A stretch of DNA of 64,000 bases from NCBI RefSeq assembly GCF_036321535.1, contig NC_087437.1, positions 110,796,001-110,860,000 of the forward strand, given 5' to 3'. The position numbers and the translations under genes are program-made. The notes below the pieces were generated by a model. That model was not told the DNA's origin. It searched no databases and saw only the letters and a program-made list of their open reading frames with translations. This document shows, one piece after another, positions 12,781 through 25,719 of this stretch; the stretch's first letter is position 1, and each line of letters begins with the position of its first letter. This DNA is from Camelus dromedarius (taxonomy: Eukaryota).

Positions 12781-13084
12781 GGGAAATTAATTCCTAACAG
12801 GTCTTAACCATTTTACAGATGAACCTGGTCGCCCTGCAGAAAGCCTGAGTTTCTGTCAAATTATTATTCGACTAGCACAAGCCAAGAAAGCAGTGCCTCT
12901 CACCAAATTTAACATGCTATAAATTTTAAATAACTGCTCGGCAACCCCTCTTCCCCGGGGCAGGGTAGTTCAGCAACTGAAAACCTAATTCCTAAACATC
13001 TAGTTTAAAATAACGGAGGACAGGAGGAAAAAAAAAAACCCAACAAACTTGCAGCTAGCTATCTTTCCTTTAAAGCTTATTACA

Positions 13085-13273
13085 GATCAAACTTCTATAT
13101 ATAAAACAGATAAACAACAAGGTCCTAATGTATAGTACAGGGGACTACATGCAATATCTTGTAACAACCTATAATGAAAAAGAATATATATACATATAAC
13201 TGAATCACTATGCTGTACACCAGAAACTAACACACTGTAAATCAACAAAATTTCAATAAAAAAGAACTGAAAA
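13085..13273 (+). mobile_element. 5'-truncated L1 3' end
   Basis: ataaacaacaaggtccta...tgctgtacaccagaaactaacac; 13-bp TSD aaag(c/g)ttattaca at 13072-13084 and 13274-13286. Confidence 0.9.
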
Positions 13274-13286
13274 AAAGGTTATTACA

Positions 13287-13480
13287 AAATATTTCAGATA
13301 TACAAAAATATATTTGAAAATTATATAATGAGCCCCCAAGTATCCATCACGAAACATAAAAAATTTAAATTACCAATATTGTTGAAGCCTTCTTTAAACT
13401 GCTCTCTGAAATACATCCCTCTTTCCCTCCTCTTTGAAATATAACTGCTGTAAATTTGATTTCCCATGAGCTATTTTTAT
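13287..13480 (-). mobile_element. Ancient L1ME-type 3' fragment
   Basis: aaaatatttcagatatacaaaaa...aatgagcccccaagtatccatcac resembles a reverse L1ME tail. Confidence 0.5.
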
Positions 13481-13987
13481 AAGTTTCCAAAAACTCTAAA
13501 GGACACATGCTAAAGGCAATCCAATGAGTATCCTTCAGCTGGACTTGCTCTTGGTTCCCAAAAAAAAGTTTCATTAAATAAACCTAACAAGGACCACACA
13601 TTAAATGAAGCCTCAGGTGGCTGGTTGAAGAGAATAAGAGAAATCACAGTGTAAGAAAATAGGGTTTCTGGAATGACAAGCAGAGGCCATATCTGAAATG
13701 CATGAAGCATTCATGGATGAAATTGATAGATTAATAGAGCACTATCATGTTACAAGGTTAATAGCTGTGTCAAAAGCCAAGGATACTGACCCACATTGCA
13801 AGGGGCTTTTTTCAAACAAACAGGCTACAGAAATAGAAACACAACATTTATTATTAAAGAAGTCCTAATTGTTCACATGCCTGCCAGAGTCATAGGCTGG
13901 GAGCAGTCCTCAGAAAAGGGAACTTTTCAAGATAATAATGATAAAAATCAAAATGGTGGAAATTATGATACATTCAAAATGGATTCA

Positions 13988-14039
13988 ACCAGAAACCGAC
14001 ACATTGTAACTGACTATACTTCCGTTTAAAAAAAAAAAA
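13988..14039 (+). mobile_element. Ultra-short L1 3' terminus (about 50 bp)
   Basis: accagaaaccgacacattgtaactgactatacttc + poly(A), same family as 1437-1638. Confidence 0.8.
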
Positions 14040-14218
14040 GTAGATGCCTAGTTCAGCTTTATATTCCCAGTACCTTGCAAAGAGGCCAGCATAAGTAGAG
14101 ATGTAATAACTATTTGATAAATGAATGAAGCAAACAAACGAAAGAGTGCTCGTGAAGACTTCTGAAGGCTGAAGGCTGAAGGCGCCCAATGAAAACAGAA
14201 AGGAATGTTTGGATAGAG

Positions 14219-14430
14219 CCTTGGTCCTTAACAGGAGGTGACTTTGCCCCCAGGGAACACAACAGCAGTATCTGGAGACATTCTTTGTCGTCACAACTTG
14301 GGGGTGCTATTAGCATCTATTATGAAGTAGTCAGAGAGGCTGCTAACTATCCTAAAATGCTCAGGAAAGCCCCCTACAACAAAGAATTATGTAGCCAAGA
14401 TGCCAACAGTGCTGCTAGTAAGAAACTCTG
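14219..14430 (+). mobile_element. MER20 hAT DNA transposon
   Basis: gactttgcccccaggg...tctggagaca...gtcacaac...acaacaaagaattat...aagaaactctg follows the MER20 consensus end to end. Confidence 0.9.
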
Positions 14431-15036
14431 AGATGGAAGTTTCTCTATCAACTGTCATTTAACTGATTTATTCCATCTATGATCATCAACATTCTAAAGA
14501 GACTCTCCAGGGACTTATGAAAATACAGGATAGCATTTCTCCTTCCTTTCCACTGTACAGCAGCTGATGGCTGTGAACCATCTGTGTGGGCTCAGGAGAA
14601 AATGGGCACTGGGGTCAGAAGCAGTAAAGCAGTCAGTAGTTTGGGGCACAACCTCAGGTCCATGCAACACACTAAGCCAACAACTTATGTTGAAATTGGA
14701 TGAAGATGATCAAGAAAAGGGTGGAAGATGTGTAGAGCTTTAGAGTCATCGCAAGGTTGGGGGAAGGAGGCATGGTGTGCGGAGTGAAATACACACAGAG
14801 GCGGGCTTATCACAGCCACATCAGTCATCGACACTCATTAGCTGGAGACACTCCATTGAGAACAGGAAGGATGTTTAACCTCATTACAGCTTATCAGAAA
14901 GAAAGTTACAAATCACTTACAGGAAAAAGAATGCAAGCATCACAAAGTCGACCAGTCGGGGTGAAGGACTTACAACGTGGAGACATCTTCTCTACAGTTT
15001 TTCTGATCTCATCATTAACTAAGAACTATTTCTTTT

Positions 15037-15352
15037 TTTTTTGAAATTTACTTTTTATTATTGTCTATCACAAGTATCTGTCCCATAAGTTCAATTTTAA
15101 ACTTTGCCCTTTTTTTTTAGATCCCACATTTAAGCAATATCATATGGTATTTTTCTTTCTCTTTCTTGCTTACTTCACTTAGAATGACAGTCTCCGGGTC
15201 CATCCGTAAGCTGCAAATGGCATTATTTTATTCTTTTTTATGGCTGAGTAGTATTCCAGTGTGTGTGTGAGTGTGTGTGTGTGTGTGTATACACACACGT
15301 ACACCACATCTTATCCAGTCATCTGTTGATGGACATTTAATTTGCTTCTGTG
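15037..15352 (-). mobile_element. 5'-truncated L1 with an atypical 3' end
   Basis: Reverse L1 ORF2-end/3'UTR-start motifs at about 15112-15352; poly(T) 15033-15042; 17-bp TSD taag(a/c)actatttctttt at 15020-15036 and 15353-15369. Confidence 0.88.
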
Positions 15353-18300
15353 TAAGCACTATTTCTTTTAACTGGACTGCTATGGTTTTTTTTTCTCTTG
15401 AAGAAGAAGAAGAGTTTTGTTGCTATTGCTCAGTGTTTCTTGGTTGGGTTTGTGGGGGTGGTTCCCAGGAGGCAGTGGCTTTCCTCATCTTGAATCCCCT
15501 TTGAAGCCTACCAGAGAGTAGTTTCTCAATAAATGCATGTGGGATTAAACCAAAAGAGCCCCCACTTTAATGCCCACTTCTCAAGCGAGGAAATAAAGAA
15601 TTCCCTAGAGTTGCTTCCAAAGGAATCCACAGGGCACCTGAGTCCAACAGTCTGAATGACCTGTGAGCACACATAAAACCTGCTAGTCTCATTCAGTGGC
15701 TGACAGATTGCTGAAGACCTGACACAGATGAAAGCTCGCCAAGGTCAGCACCCAGGAGGTGCCCAGGCAGTGGCCACTGCCACACAGAGGAACATCTCTA
15801 CACCAAAGCGTTCACCCCTACGACAGAAGGAAGAGTGCCAAGCTGGGGGTCCCCTCCACACACCACTTGACAAACTGGTGGTGAGGACGACACTGATCCC
15901 TCCTTAAGTGACCTGCTTCTTAACCTGCAGTTTTAAAACCATTCATTTTGCTTTTTAAAGGTCATATGAATTTAGGAGGGAAAATGTGAGCACAATTCTG
16001 AGCCCGACCAAAAAGCAATAAACTTAGGCACGAACATACAGTATTTCTGCTCCAAAGAAATGAAGCCACACAACACTGTAAAATGACTGTAACTCAATTT
16101 TTTAAAAATGTTAAAAAGAAAAGAAGAAAAAGAAATGAAGCCAGTAGAGGGAGCACAACTGACTTTTGTTTTTAACAATTTCCCACGATCAGGATGAACC
16201 TGGGGACGATGTTAAAGGATACAAGTTACAGACATAATCACGCACTCCCACCAAGGAAAAGATTTACATAAAACACTTTGGAAAACTATAAACCACGACA
16301 CCCTCATAAGGCATTTGTACTGTCAATGGATATTTACATAAGAACTAGCTAAACAGACCTAAGAGGGCTGTGTAATAAAGAAACACAGGCAAGTTGGAAA
16401 ACAACATTTGTCGCGTGGGGGAGAAAGTTCTTTCTCTTTGTCCATTGAATTTACACTCAGAAACAAACAAAAACTATGGAGAGTTTATCTTCCCCAAAGC
16501 TTTTAACATAGTCTTTATCCTGCTGTTTTCTATATTAGATCTACAATAGACGGCTTTTAAAATTCCTTTTAAATTGTGTTCTCAGTTACACAAATGCCTT
16601 CCTTAAGCAAGAACCCTCTGGATTTCTGTTCAGTGGTCTGCAAAACCAAGCAGATCAGGAATCGCGAGGCAGCTTAACCCAAAAGCATTGCCATCAGCTC
16701 AGCTGACAAGGTCTGCAAATTGGATGCCTGCGCCTGCACCCGAGCTTGCTGCTGGTTTCCCAGCTTGCACCCGGAGCTCGTGAGAAGGGGTCTCACGAAT
16801 GAGGTAAAACACGCTCACACCAACTGCCATCACCCATGTCAACTGTCAGCAACAAAGCTGGGGAGGACGTGCCCCCTCCTCCTGCAGTGAGGTGAAGCCC
16901 AACAGGGGTGTTAATTAACACAGTCAAATTAACTGAATCCAAATAAAAAGATGATTCCCCAGCATAATTACAGATCCAAACACAGATCCCGTTAATCCTG
17001 GGATGTCACTCTGGAAATCCAGAAGCTTTTTTCATGAATACATTTTGCAGTTGGCTGCCACTGATTGCCAAAATCAATCTCTTATATTTGAAACTGACTG
17101 AAAGTCTAAATATGGACCCATCCCACCCACTCCTGTGGTTGGTGATCTGAGAATCTGCTCAGGAATACTGACGTGTTTGAAAACCCTCGATTCACCCAGG
17201 ACAAAGCCTTCCTTCTCCCTGAGAAAAAAACAAGTTTCATCCTTTCAGGCGAGGCCTTGGTGTGCAAAGCCCTCGTTAAATTCGATTTGATGCAAGAATG
17301 TTGTGCGACTTAAAATTAAATTCTTCATCAACCAAAGTTAGAGACTCTTAACAGAGATTTCTCTGTCTGAAAACACAATAAGCAGAAATATTCCTGAAAA
17401 TACAGTATCTGCTGAAAAGAGGCCAAGAAAACTCTGATAGCCTTTCAACGCCATCTCCAGCACACACTGCGGTGACCAAGTGTGTGGCAAGTTCCTTAAA
17501 ATCCGGAGCCTTCAATTTCCTCAACCATTAAATGATGGTGTTCAAATTAATTTTTTCCAGCTCCATCTTTCAATTATATGTTTCCATGATTTTAAAACCC
17601 CCATGGCTTTCATTGCCTCAAATTACATTTCCTTACAGAACAACTTTTATCTCACAAGCCAAGATCAAGAGTTTCAGGCCTCAGTGGTGGCCCACATACT
17701 TATAACCCAACCCAGGCTGGTGACTGGAAGGGTGAAGGGGAGGAAGGGCAAACAGAGGGTAAGGGTAACAAAGAAGACAGAGGAAAAGTCCGTGAACTCT
17801 TAGCACCTACTTGCAATCAACCACGTGGGGCCAGATGCTGTCCTGCCCACACACACCGGGCGGCGGCCCGCGTCCATGTGTCCTGGGCACCTTGCACAAG
17901 AGGTACATGTGGTTCGCGGGGGAGAGAGCATCTGGGTTTTCACTGGTGGGGGATCTTCCAGGCACCTCTCCACTCAGCAGCAATAAACAATCATAATCAT
18001 TACTGGCACTAAGAGTTAGGTCATGCTGAACAACGAATGTACAAAGATAAGAAGTCAAGTTCTAATTTTAGTCCCGCCTTCTTCCCAAAAGAACATGTAG
18101 CCAGGATAGCCTTACGGTCCTCTGTACTGCAGCCTCTGGAAACAGCCAGCTCAGGGAACGTTCCTGTTGGGGAGACCTCATTTGGTCACGGGAGAAGCAA
18201 GGACATGAAGTAAGAGGACCTTGTTCAAGTCCAGGCTCCACCAACAACCAGATGAATAACTCAGGGCAAGCCATCTAGTGTCCCCATCAGTAAAACGGGA

Positions 18301-19759
18301 GGCTGAAATATATGCCTTTGACAATGGGTTAACGGGCTTTGTCCAGGCACACGCTCGACCTTTTCCCTAAGTAGTGAAGGATGCTATACCTGCAAAGACG
18401 GTTTCCAACCAGGAAATAAGCCAAGCCTATATTTCAAACTACGTTAGCATTTACAATGTTCTTGACATTTTCCTGTTGATATTGCTATTTTAGTAATGAA
18501 TAAAGTGCAGTTCAGACACTAGTTATATGCCGGCTGAGCGAGGGGACCCCTTCCAAGACCCCCAGGCCACAGAGAGACCTCCTAACTCTCCACACTGAGC
18601 CTCTATCGTGGGAAAGCGCAAGTCCTCTGGCGAGGGTCGCCATGTCAGCCACGCTGGCCCATGGCACTCACCAAGGACAACCTGTATAACAGTATTTGGT
18701 TTTGTTTCTCATGAGTGAGAATAGTTTTTTTAATTTTAATTTTTAATTTATATTAAAATACATCAGTGATTGTCATTTCACATTTCTGGACCAAAACATA
18801 TCCAGGTGAACCCGGACAGGAGTGACACACCTAGCACTTGGGTACGACGGTGAAGTGGAAAGGACCACACCCACAGGTGCATTTCCAACATCTGGCACCT
18901 TACAGAGTTCTCTGCTAGTGACAGGGACACAATCAATTAAAATGAGGGGACTTCTGATGTCAGGGGAGCATGCTAATGACAACCAACTTGTCTTGCTTTC
19001 CCCTGCCAAGGACACGGGCATTCGATCTGAGGGTCTCTAGGAGCACATGGTGCCATTTTCCCTAATGAAAACAAAAACCTAACATGCAAAGATTATTTTC
19101 AATCAGGAAATACAACAAGCCTCGATCTCAAAATTTTAAATGGCCCAAGGTAGGGCAACAGACACATGCAGAGTCACAGACCCTCACATAGGTAAGAGCA
19201 GAGGACACTTACAAATCACTTGTTCATTTGAGATCAGAAGAGTTAAGTAACTAGTTCAGGCTCACTGAATAAAATGATGGCAGAATCAGCCTAGAAGCCA
19301 GATCTATGGAAACAAATCTGCTGTATGTTCCATCAACTCAATTATTACCTCCTTTAATAAAATTCCATAAAATAAACATTAAAGGCAGTATATGCATATA
19401 TAATTCTGTACCTCAACATACTACAAAAGGCATATGTAAATAAAAAATGAAACAAATTGATCCCATCTAAAACTAGTAAGTAAGCCATAGTAACTGCGTG
19501 CATGAGAAATTTCTTGGCTCATCCCCAGACAAGTAAACAAGAGGCTCAGAGACCTGGGATGCAAGGATGTAGTCAAGCCAGGATGGCTGAAGGCGATGTG
19601 ATTCACCAACAGCCAGCATCCTCGCAAACAAATTACAGTGGTAAACTTAACAAGACTGCGGGGAAAGCCTGGTAGAGACGTGGGACACATTCATATATTC
19701 ATACATGGCCAGGGGGTCATGCAGGCACCCAGGCCAAAAACAAGGACTCCCCCAATTAG

Positions 19760-20315
19760 GAAAGCCCTACTCCTAGAGTCCCAAGAAATTAAAATATGTC
19801 TCTACAGATGCCACAAAATAGCATCACTTATCACTTGTACATGAGCATTCATTGCAGCATTATTCACAATAGACAAAAAGTAAAAAATAACCCAGGTGTC
19901 CATCAACAGGTGAAAGGATAAACAGAATTGGTCTGACCCACACAATGGAATATTACTCAGCCATTAAAAGGAATGAAGTTCTGATACATGCTACAATATG
20001 GACAAACCTTGGAAATATTATGCTAAGTGATGAGGTCAGATGCAAAAGGACAGCTACTAAATGATCCCACTTACATGAAATATCTAGAATAGGCAAATTC
20101 ATCAAGATAAAGAGGAGATTAGAGGTTACCAGAAGGGCCGGGGAGTTATTGCTTAATGGTTACAGTGTTTCTTGGGGTGATGAAAAAGTTTGGGACAGAG
20201 ACAGTGATGATCATTGTACTACACTGTAAATGTAACTACTGTCACTGACTCATACAAATAAAAATGGTTGAAATGGCAAATTTTATGTTATATATTTTTA
20301 CCACAATTTTTAAAG
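19760..20315 (+). mobile_element. L1MB-type 3' region
   Basis: cattcattgcagcattattcacaatag...aaggaatgaagttctgatacatgctacaa...aaattttatgttatatatttttaccacaat. Confidence 0.9.
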
Positions 20316-20335
20316 AGTCAAAAAAGACATATTTT

Positions 20336-20780
20336 CACAGGGAACTATATTCAGTATCTTGTGGTAACTTACAGTGGAAAAGAATATGAAAATGAAAATG
20401 AATATATGTATGTTCATGTATGACTGAAGCAGTGTGCTGTACACCAGAAATTGACACAACATTGTAAACTGACTACACCTCAATAAAAAATATATATACT
20501 TAAAAAAAAAAAAGAAAGAAACTGCAGTCCTGATTTCTAAGAGACTTGCATGTTCTGATGCAAATAGGAGTACCTGTTGAGTCTCTTAGATCAATTGATA
20601 TATGACTGTAAGAAATACAGGACTAAAAAGATTCATTGGGCCATTGGCAAAGCCATCAAACCTGTGCCTTCAGATAGAGAAAGAGCTATGTTGGTGAAGA
20701 AAGAGCAAAAATATCTACATATGGACAACCAACGTAATTACTGTATTTGAATAACTCACATCATAAAACCTTTGATTGAT
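20336..20780 (+). mobile_element. Young L1 3' end (20336-20520) plus about 260 bp non-L1 cargo inside one TSD
   Basis: 16-bp perfect TSD aaaaaagacatatttt at 20320-20335 and 20781-20796; L1 poly(A) at about 20502-20520. Confidence 0.8.
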
Positions 20781-21319
20781 AAAAAAGACATATTTTTCAA
20801 CCTACTGGCTCAGGTATGTGTAGCTTTTTAAACTACTGCTGCCAAAAACAAAAGGAATCAAAACTTTAATCTAAGCACATTAACCAAGCTTTAAAATGTG
20901 CCGATTCTCCCAGTTGCATGACCATGATCCCAATCACACGCCTAAAAGAGCATTTTTCTCCAATTGTAAGTGATAAAATGGAATTGTCTAACCTGTAAAA
21001 TTAAATCTCTTGCGATTATGAAGATGAAAAGAGGCACACCTTGGCACACCAAGAGCTTCCACAGTGTGCCAGGTGTCACACTTGTACGGAACATCTCTCA
21101 CCATAGATCCACGTCCACCAACCCATCCCAACCCCAAATTTCAAAGCAGATCAAGAAACCAGAAAGGATGGGATCTGACTCCAAAACCATAAGGAGGGGA
21201 AATAAATCAAACTCCAATTACCAGTTGAAAATACGAAATGGCACATATTTAAACAGACCACGATTTATACATTTATCCCATTTAACAGACCTAGACTGGC
21301 CATGAATTCCTTTTCTAGT

Positions 21320-21430
21320 CACAAGCCTATCACCTAATTTTTGTAAAGCCTCTGTCCCTCATCTGTAAAACAGGCTATAACAGTATTGCGCTTGTGAGGC
21401 CATATTTCCCGAGCACTTTGTGAAAAGCAC
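21320..21430 (+). mobile_element. MIR fragment
   Basis: gcctctgtccctcatctgtaaaacagg. Confidence 0.55.
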
Positions 21431-21459
21431 AAGGTTGGGGGCTGCTCATCTATTTTTGT

Positions 21460-21600
21460 ACTTTGTCCTCATGACAGTTCAACAAAGTACCATGACTAGA
21501 CCCATTTTACAGATAAGGAGACTGAGGCACAGAGAGGTTACATGAACTGCCTGAAGCTACTCAACAAATGGGAAGCAGGTCTGAAATTCTAACTTGGTCT
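21460..21600 (-). mobile_element. MIR SINE
   Basis: cccattttacagataaggagactgaggcacagagaggtta = reverse MIR core. Confidence 0.85.
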
Positions 21601-22979
21601 CACTGAGGCTGGGACCCTATCTCTCCCTGATCTCATTGCTCCAACTGGCCTGTGGCCTTGTCATCATCTTTGACCTGGGCATCCTCACGTGCAGTGAATT
21701 TGTTTTCATTGTTCTCATCACCATTAGCATTCACAGGGTCTGGGCTCACAAAGCCAGAGGGCTGAGTCTGACTCCCGAAGCCCGCGCTTACTCACGGGGC
21801 ACCTCATCTCCCTTTCAAGGCCAAATGTGGCAGGCAGGCAACCAAGGCAAGATTTCAGGGCTTGTCATGAAGCTCCTGGAAGGTAGTCATCACACCATCT
21901 GAGAAAGATGACCGAGCAAGGTTATCTAAGGTGAGCAAATCAAACTGGGCAATCGTCAAAGAATATGCATCATGCGTGAACAGGAAATTCACGAATATAT
22001 TCACCAGGTCCTTTCGCAGAACCAAGGTCTCCTGCCAGAGCCAAGTTCAAGATCTGGGCTGAGATAAGTAACCACTGGGTGGGTATTTCATACTAACCTA
22101 TTTGTGATTTTGGTTCACAGTCAAGAAATACATACTGAACGGAATTTTGCTCGAGCTCAACCAGCTCACGCTCTCCCAGACTTCCCAGTAAAACACAGCA
22201 GGTGACTCACAGGATGACACACTGCTCTTGGTGGAGGCACCAAGAGTTACACACGCTAACCGGTCGGTGTGGGGTAGGATCACGCAAACAGGTTGATGAA
22301 CGTTTCCCCAGATCACCTGAAACACCCAAGCTCAGTCTTCTGCTCCCAGCTGCCTGGCTTCCACGAAAAGGAATTTCTCAGCGTTGGATCACAGCAATGC
22401 TAACCTTCCAGGCTGAGAATCCTCGCAGAGGGCTGGTTGTGACCAAGATAAGCCATCTCAGCTTCAGTGCATTCACACACCTTGCTAAGGCTGGAGACCA
22501 TGACTCACACTCCTCACTCCTCCCAAAGCCTCTGTTCTTCTTTCTAGCCACAGATGAGCTCAGCCCGTTAAAGAACAGCTGTAATCCTTTACACACATAA
22601 CTTTCCATTGGCAAAAATTAGTCAGGTTGGCCGGGTCTGAGGTCAGCAGCCTCCTGAAGGAACACCCACCAGACAGCCTCCTCTCCCAAAAAATCAAATA
22701 GAGCTGCAAACGAACTGCCCATGTCCCTGGTCTCATAGACGATACTGCCACATCCAGGGAGTCTATTGACTCATTCGACTTCAATAACCAAAAACAATAC
22801 TCTTGGCTTTGGCATTAGCATGGATTTTTGTTTTTACAAGGACATGGTGCCAGCTTGTGCTGTTTGCTCCCGTGGGGACTTGCCTTTGTTCTGGGCATAC
22901 ATGGACCTTAGATTTGAGCTCTTTGTTCAAGGTAACTGCTAGTTAGGTCCTCTGAGCCACTCCCCCAACCCTCCACCAT

Positions 22980-23235
22980 CACCTCTCTCCCCTGGCACAC
23001 TTCCTTCCCCACTTCCCTGCTTTAGGTTGCCCCCCGCTTTATACACACACTAAACATTTTCTTTTATTACTATTTGTCTTATTTATTGTTTCTCCCTCCC
23101 ACCCCCCACCCTCAACCAAATATCAGCTCCACCAGGGTAAGGACTTTTATCTACTTTGCTCCCAACTCTATTTCGAGTACCTAGAAGAGTATTTAGCACA
23201 TGGTGAACCCTCAAAAAATATCTGTTGACTTAAAT
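22980..23235 (+). mobile_element. L2a 3' end
   Basis: tatcagctcccaccagggtaaggac...cctagaagagtatttagcacatgg...ctcaaaaaatatctgttga. Confidence 0.8.
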
Positions 23236-23589
23236 GGACTACACCCTTGTGATGATAACCAAGACCAGAAGCATGACCAAAACCACCCAGGCCTGAGATC
23301 TCTCCTAAACACAGAGTAAAGTCCTCTGCCACTTCCTTTTAGAATCCCAAATAGCAAGAAGAGAAATAGGGACCAGGGTCGGGGAGATGGGGGGATATAT
23401 ACGTTTATTCCAATAATACACAAATACTTGGGCTTTTCAACTTATAACACCTACTAAGAATTTTCAAGACATTGCATGCTAAATATCTGAAATACATAGA
23501 GTTGTTAACCAAAAGGGGGAAAGATACCAATAAACCCTCCATACAGCCAACACCATGCACCCCACCCTCAGTTCACCGCCTCCCGTCTA

Positions 23590-25020
23590 GACAGACCGTT
23601 CCCTCTCAGACCCTAACCCAAACATCCCCTCCACCTTTCACTGATCCTCACAGCTCTGCTGCCTCACAGTCCTCCTTGGCTTATCATTAATTTCCCTTCC
23701 TGAACTTCCTTGTCCCTCTATTACTTGGTCACATCTGCCTGGCAAAGACATCAACCTGCTTAAATCCAACAAACTGCCTAGACCCAAACAGTTGACTCTG
23801 AGGAAAAATTTTTTAAAAACCCAAACAATCTATTGGTCTTATTTTAATCCCATGACCACTACTGTCAAGTCCCTTTAAATGAAATCAGTGATCTCACACC
23901 AAAATTCCCAGTCCACTCATACCCACTCATGAAGTTCACATTTATTCTTCTCTTCCCAGATGCCCAATAATTTCTCCCCACCTTTTCTCTCAGCTGGTGA
24001 TTTTTCATCATACTTCTCTGAGAAAATTGAAGTTGTCACATAGGACCCATCACTTTGAAGGCTACACATAGTCACCAACACGTATCTGTCTGCACCCACA
24101 TGCTCCAACCTCCTGCTTGTGACCTTAGATAACTATCACATCCTACCTAAGACCAATTCCTCCACCTGTGACTAGACCCCACGCAACCCACCCTCCACTC
24201 AAGGACGATGTTCCAGCAATTTCCCTCTCTCTCCTCTACATCCTCAAACTCTCTCGCTCTGCTGCAGCATTTTTGTAGGCATGAAGATGCGCTCTTTTTT
24301 CTACTCTAAATCTAAGTCAATTCTCCGCACCTCCACCGCTGCCACTAAAGTCTGAGCCACATCCACTCCCTACCGGACCATAGCACGGCCTCTCAACAAG
24401 TCTCCCTGTTTCTACACTTGCCGACCTACAGTCCATTCTCATCCTAGGAGCCAGAGGGAAACTTTCAATGTGAAAATGGGACCACATCCCTTCCCTGCTC
24501 AATCCAGGGGTAAAAGCCACACTCCTGGGAGGGCCCTACAAAGCCTGTCACGTCTTGCTTGGGCCTCATCGTTCCTTCTCCGACCTCGTCTCCTGCTTCA
24601 GCTCCCCTCACTCGTACCACTTTACCCTCCTTGATGCTCCCTGAACCTTCCAAACATGCTCCCACTTTCTGGAACATTCCAGATATGCAATTAGCGAATC
24701 TCTTGACATTCTTTAAGTCTTCGTTCAAATGGTACTTTCTGACCACTGTAGCCTAATTAGGCCCACTTTTCCCCACCAAACTGCCCCTCTTCCCAAAGCA
24801 GCTCTACTTTTCCTTAACATACTATATCATTCAATTTAATGAATTAAAATGAAGAAATATTAATAATAATTAATCCACTACAATTAATAAACAATTGTTT
24901 ACTATTTAATGGTAATTCCCAAAGACAGGGACTTTGTCTCTTTTGTTCACTGAAGTATCTCAAACACCTAGGACAGTGCTTAGCACATAGTAGGACCAAA
25001 GAGACCATTTTGAGTGAGCA
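23590..25020 (+). mobile_element. L2 LINE relic (about 1.4 kb) ending in the L2 terminal motif
   Basis: tacttctctgagaaaattgaag, ctacagtccattctc...agccagag, gacagggactttgtctcttttgttcactg...cctaggacagtgcttagcacatagtagg. Confidence 0.8.
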
Positions 25021-25049
25021 AATAGTATTTCTTTTTCACAACACTAGTT

Positions 25050-25520
25050 GGCAGAATGGAGGGACAAAAATATGAAAAATAGAGAAAGACAAGGTAAGAG
25101 ACACAGAAAATACAGTAAAAAGGTCCAATATGAAGGAAAAAAAGTGAACTGGGCAAAAGAGATGCAGACTAGAAATTTCCCAAAATGCATAAAATCAAGG
25201 TCCACAGACCCACAGATTCAAGAAGTCCTATGAACCCCAAGCAGAAGAAATCAAAAGATACTGACACCTTGACATGTCACAGTAGAACTGCAAAAGCCAA
25301 AGATGGAGAGAAAAGTCGGACAGGCAGCAAGAGGCTGCCTGATGTTTTCAGAGCATCCACGGGGCTGGCAGCTGACCTCTCACAGGACAACTGAAGCCAG
25401 CAGAGGGTGAACGGGGATCTTCTAAGTGGGCAAGGAAGAGAACTGCCAGCCTCGAATTCCATACTGAGTAAAAACAAAGGCCATTTGAGACAGATAAAAT
25501 AATAATGTCTTAGGAGGTTT
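25050..25520 (+). mobile_element. Ancient L1 ORF1 remnant
   Basis: Translations RNFPK...PQIQEV and AKAKDGEK resemble L1 ORF1 ENFPNL...QIQE and KDKEKILKAAR. Confidence 0.65.
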
Positions 25521-25719
25521 AACATAATTATACCAGAACAATATCCTATAAACCAGATGGGGTAAAAGGAATTAAAATACTCTCATGCGCTGGTGTTATC
25601 TGGGAAGGATAAAAATACCAGTTTATATAAGATGCTGTATCTCAGGTAACTATGGGTAATTTTGGGTCACAAAAAGATTTAATTTAAATAGGACAGACAT
25701 AAAAGGCATGTAACTAATA

